A stretch of DNA of 63,744 bases, filler included, from Globobulimina sp. (lineage: Eukaryota), in the NCBI GenBank assembly GCA_003354225.1. It is 26 parts of 26 records of this genome, joined end to end, with 100 filler letters (N's around TTAATTAATTAA, not from the genome) between each part and the next. Parts side by side here need not be neighbours in the genome. Positions count along the whole stretch, not along the records: positions 58,938 to 61,291 come from PIVH01007197.1; positions 61,392 to 63,744 come from PIVH01007198.1; 24 more parts are not named here. One strand, written 5' to 3'. Positions within the stretch are counted from its first letter, which is position 1; each line of letters opens with the position of its first letter. The translations under genes and the position numbers were made by a program. This document shows, in pieces, positions 60,001 to 63,744 of the stretch. A model generated the notes under the pieces. That model worked only from the letters and a program-made list of their open reading frames with translations. It searched no databases and had not been told where the DNA came from.

Positions 60001-60742
60001 TTTCTATAAAAATTTGTAAACAATCTTGTCATTGTGAGGTGATATATTGGTCGACACATAAAACCAATATAGGAAAAGTGAGGTAAGTACTTTTAGTTTG
60101 CTCAGAGCAAGTCAGTTTTTTCTAAAAAGCTTTAGTTCTTGAGATTTGGACCATGGTACATCTGAGGTGCTTGTAGCAACCAAAGGGAGGTTGAGATGGA
60201 GGATGTAAAGAACTCAAAGAAACAAATTAAATCATTTATTAAGGAATATAAAATAAGATTTATTAAAATTGGATATGATATGCATCAAACTGGACAATAT
60301 CAAAAATTTATGAAACATTCAATTTACGTATCAGATATCAAGGATATGAAAGAATATTATCCAGAATATGCTGAAACATTGACAAAATGAATATCATTTA
60401 CTTATATTTTCAGTAATGATAATTTTTTTTTTCCCCGAAAAGGCACACAAGTGCTCTAACATTAACTTAATAAATAATCATAAGATTATCACAATGAAAT
60501 CACATAAAAACCCAAAAATATATGATCATAAGTGTTAAAACAATAAAAGAAAAGAAAATGTTTTATGGTGTTTTATAAATTGTTTTAGGGTGTTTTATAA
60601 ATTATTTTTGGTGTTTTACAATGTGTTTTATTATGTTTTATAAGTCAAAACACATAATTAACATTGAACTGAAAAACAATTTAATTGATTTTTGTTACTA
60701 CAAGATGTCCAACACTAAACATGAACTGTTCAATTGAGAGAA

Positions 60743-61291
60743 TCATGATATTTCTTTAATAGTATCAAGCAACTCCGATCCCAACCATTCCGGTGCAATA
60801 TCCAATAAATCAACTTCTGCCAAAGTACAATCATTCAATATTTGTTGATAAATATAGTGTTTCCTTTTATTTGATGCAACATAATAAAATACTGATTTTC
60901 TTACAAATTCAACAAAGTACATTGAATAAATCTGTACATAGTATTCTCTTTTTGCACGTATTGCATCAATAAAATATGAACAAAATCCATTGCTGTACAA
61001 TAAATCCAAGTGACCGGTTCCAAGAACCCCCATCAATGCATACACTGTTTTTTCCCTTTTCAACTCTTTAATTCTGTCCCATAATTCCAACGCAGATTTT
61101 CCATGTTTACCAACAAATGGTTCATTATTCCAAACGTCAATGCCATACACTTCCATTGCTTTGCTTATATACTCACCGTTTGACAGTAAACTAAAATAAT
61201 CCCATCTTAATTCGGTACCCGCTGCTAAGTCATCAGTTGCAAATACAACAATTTTGCCATTTTCTTGATTGGCGTGGATTGCAATGTTGGT
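60743..61291 (-). CDS. SET domain protein, C-terminal part
   Basis: Frame open to contig edge: TNI...KIVVFATDDLAAGTELRWDY (SET ELxxDY motif). Confidence 0.65.
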   Translation of the reverse strand, partial: TNIAIHANQENGKIVVFATDDLAAGTELRWDYFSLLSNGEYISKAMEVYGIDVWNNEPFVGKHGKSALELWDRIKELKREKTVYALMGVLGTGHLDLLYSNGFCSYFIDAIRAKREYYVQIYSMYFVEFVRKSVFYYVASNKRKHYIYQQILNDCTLAEVDLLDIAPEWLGSELLDTIKEIS

Positions 61292-61391
61292 NNNNNNNNN
61301 NNNNNNNNNNNNNNNNNNNNNNNNNNNNNNNNNNNTTAATTAATTAANNNNNNNNNNNNNNNNNNNNNNNNNNNNNNNNNNNNNNNNNNNN

Positions 61392-62277
61392 CACATTATC
61401 TCATAATCCTCCACATAATCCCCTGCAAGTATTAATATCCTGCCTTTACACTCATTACTTACTTTTGCGCCTAAAACCTGCATAAATTGCGAGATAAATT
61501 GAGGATGAGCTGGCCATGCCGCACCTGTTACTAATTTGCCATCGGTGAAACATTTTGTAATCGGCTCTGGTTCTTGGAAGTGTGCACCTGAAATATCCAA
61601 AACAGGTTTGCAGGCTGGATAACATGTTGCTTTTTTACCTTTTAAGTATCCATCAATGGCACCCAATATCAACGCACCTATATTCATTCAATTGTTTTTG
61701 TTATTTGTAGTAACATATTAATTGGAGTTTGGAGTGATTTTGCTTAAGAAATAACATAAACAAAAGTGCGAAATACCGTGGCAAATAGCTGCGATTGGTA
61801 AATTATTTGATGTGAAATATGAAACTAAATCAATTACATCCTTGCGGGTCGATAAATATTCGGGGGCCGTCCACCGGGAATGACTAAACCAACGTACTGT
61901 TTAACATTTGTTACCGCATCGTTAAAATCATAATTTAATGCAAAATTATGACCAGGCTTTTCCGAATAGGTCTGCGCTCCTTCAAAATCATGAATACATG
62001 TTTTAATTTTCTCATCCTGTTTCTTTTCAGGACAAACACAATGAACTTCATAGCCGGCTATATATAATATATACATACGTACTATGTTAAATATGTTGAA
62101 ATGGATTACACGGATTTGTACCTGCTGAAAGCGTTTGAAACGGAACCATCATCTGTACATAATATAAGAGTCAGCACTGTTGCGTCGAACATATATTATA
62201 TGTACCTCATAATCCTCAACGTAGTCACCACAAATCATTAATAGTTTCTTGGAATCATTTTGCTTTTGCTCTGCCAT
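61392..62277 (-). CDS. Two-domain DJ-1/PfpI protein (glyoxalase III, plant DJ-1D-like), 3' partial; three introns and a 1-nt frameshift near 61867
   Basis: GDYVEDYE twice, [22 protein letters not shown](A)[21 protein letters not shown]. Confidence 0.92.
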
Positions 62278-62380
62278 TATAGTGTCAAATACTCGTAAGG
62301 AACTTTGATGGAATGAAAACACACAACTTAATAAAAAAAATCTTTAAAACCATTTGCGTGGCTGAGAAACATTATTTAAA

Positions 62381-63744
62381 ATGGAAGAGTTGATAAAATT
62401 CAGACGGTTTGTTGAGACGATGCCTGAACATGAATTTGAAACGGCACTTGTTAAAATAAATCAAATTGTTGGGAAAGATGCATTGATATCGTCATTGTTT
62501 CATCATTTTCAAGAAAACTTAAATCAAGCAACATCTCGCGGGACAACGCGTGCACAACTTTCGCAAATAAATCAGAAAATCTCCGGAATTTATGATGATC
62601 CATTAATCCTTTCACCACAAATTGATAGATTACCAGAATCAGTAATAAATGAAATTGCATCCTATTTAGATATAATAAGTTATTGTCAGTTTGAGAGATG
62701 TAACCGAACAATATTCATTTCTGCCAGATCACCATTTCAATTACATAACCTTGTTAAAGATGTTAAAGATGACATCGTTATTGGTGTCTGGCAATATCTT
62801 CGTTATTGTATGAAAAATGGGATTGAAATGGATAAAAAAAAGTTTAGCAGGTTACGTTCACTTCGCTTTCATCCTACTCAGAATACTGAGTTACTTTACA
62901 AACAATTATTATTTGAAAATTTGCAAGAATTGAAGGTTGATTTTGTTGGTACTGCTATACAAACATTTGAATCATCAGTTATGTCCAATAACATTAAGTT
63001 TGAGCATTTGGAAACATTGGAAATTGGTCGTTATGAATCATTATATAATAGCTTTTTCAATTCATTATTGGCAAAGATATTACATTTACAATTCTTGAAA
63101 CTCGATTATTCAGAAACACCAACTGTACATTCGATGAATGAAGAGATATTCAAACAGTTGAAAGGAATATCATTGACATCTTTTTGTGCTCTTCCAGAGA
63201 ATTGGAACAATAGAATGAATAGATCTCTTGTAGCAGAGAATGCCATTTTGGATTTGTGCTCGTTGGAATTACTTTCATTTCATTCAGATTTAGATTTTAG
63301 TCGTTTGAACGTAAATTATGATCGATTTCCTAATTTACAAGAACTATATTTGAAAGACAATCATAATGGGAACATTATTGAACAAATTAAGCAATTTAAA
63401 AATTTGAAGAGAGTTCATTTGGACTTTTTAGATTATACAGGCGACTCAATCTTCAATTTGCACTTATTACCTGAATCTTCAATTCCATTAACAACACAAT
63501 TTATGAATAAATTGTTCAGTCTAAAGAAATTAGAATATATTGAATTCGATATTTCGGAAAAAGAATTGCCAAAATTAATGAAATTAGTGCAAAACGCGCT
63601 TTTGCTTAACAGAAAAAAGAAACTAAAAATATATATTCACTGTGTGTTTAGTGAAGAAGTGTCAAATGATAACATTTATCTTGATTTTGAAGTATTTGTG
63701 AATGCATTGAGTCATCATATTACTGATTTTATGTTTATATTCGA
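62381..63744 (+). CDS. F-box-like / LRR-like protein, 3' partial (not in ORF track)
   Basis: MEELIKFRRF...IDRLPESVINEIASYL..YCQFERCNRTIFISARSP followed by LxxLxL repeats. Confidence 0.72.
   Translation, partial: MEELIKFRRFVETMPEHEFETALVKINQIVGKDALISSLFHHFQENLNQATSRGTTRAQLSQINQKISGIYDDPLILSPQIDRLPESVINEIASYLDIISYCQFERCNRTIFISARSPFQLHNLVKDVKDDIVIGVWQYLRYCMKNGIEMDKKKFSRLRSLRFHPTQNTELLYKQLLFENLQELKVDFVGTAIQTFESSVMSNNIKFEHLETLEIGRYESLYNSFFNSLLAKILHLQFLKLDYSETPTVHSMNEEIFKQLKGISLTSFCALPENWNNRMNRSLVAENAILDLCSLELLSFHSDLDFSRLNVNYDRFPNLQELYLKDNHNGNIIEQIKQFKNLKRVHLDFLDYTGDSIFNLHLLPESSIPLTTQFMNKLFSLKKLEYIEFDISEKELPKLMKLVQNALLLNRKKKLKIYIHCVFSEEVSNDNIYLDFEVFVNALSHHITDFMFIF

Larger units (their letters stand above)
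59045..60187. mobile_element. Internally deleted piggyBac-like DNA transposon with long TIRs (about 59045-59207 and 60001-60187)
   Basis: CCCTTTGGTTGCTACAAGCACCTCA... / ...TGAGGTGCTTGTAGCAACCAAAGGG; near-identical inverted arms with one indel of about 20 bp; transposase fragment inside. Confidence 0.82.

Noticed and set aside
2358-61391. Regularly spaced TTAATTAATTAA repeats (CRISPR- or IES-like periodicity) and any cross-contig gene cluster
   Set aside because: Artificial linkers between size-sorted contigs. The TTAATTAA at 5669-5676 and 9528-9535 has no flanking Ns, so those two are treated as genomic.
22470-61870. Single-base frameshifts (about 22475, 23970, 30662, 53848, 61867) as programmed frameshifting or RNA editing
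   Set aside because: All fall in short homopolymer runs, go in both directions and share no context; consistent with sequencing error. RNA-seq would settle it.
11-62711. Most short ORFs in the supplied track (e.g. 11-289, 846-1097, 45270-46070, 62451-62711) and an alternative genetic code
   Set aside because: They are antisense or off-frame shadows of real genes; in-frame stops in conserved genes are explained by introns, so the standard code fits.

Overview
This is not one locus. It is 26 unrelated contigs of 2353-2357 bp, size-sorted and joined by artificial 100-nt linkers (N44-TTAATTAATTAA-N44), so gene neighbourhood across linkers means nothing. The DNA is from an AT-rich, gene-dense eukaryote with short spliceosomal introns (mostly about 50-85 nt). 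The lineage-specific 7TM, F-box-like and ART-like families suggest a foraminiferan or other rhizarian (inference). There are several probable amplification chimeras, one with bacterial glyA plus a Gfo/Idh/MocA gene, and several homopolymer frameshifts. Recognisable genes: APC1, NAGLU, an RBR E3 ligase, NhaA, MOB1, ERD2, an NPSN-type SNARE, PITH, a SNF2-RING helicase, ALDH3, TFIIF-beta, a RhoGEF, FKBP12 and DJ-1/PfpI. Main discoveries: (1) three long introns with TTAAG at both splice junctions and internal fold-backs, one a TTAA-GGTAGC...GCTACC-TTAA Kolobok-like MITE that splicing removes precisely (introner-like); (2) a recurrent sense-strand intronic motif ATCCTTGCRC in five unrelated genes that is complementary to the U6 snRNA internal stem-loop (ISL) region; (3) a piggyBac-like element with long TIRs and a second, divergent, intron-containing gene resembling KolX/P2X7-ballast; (4) several unusual domain fusions. 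All calls come from manual reading, with no database searches.
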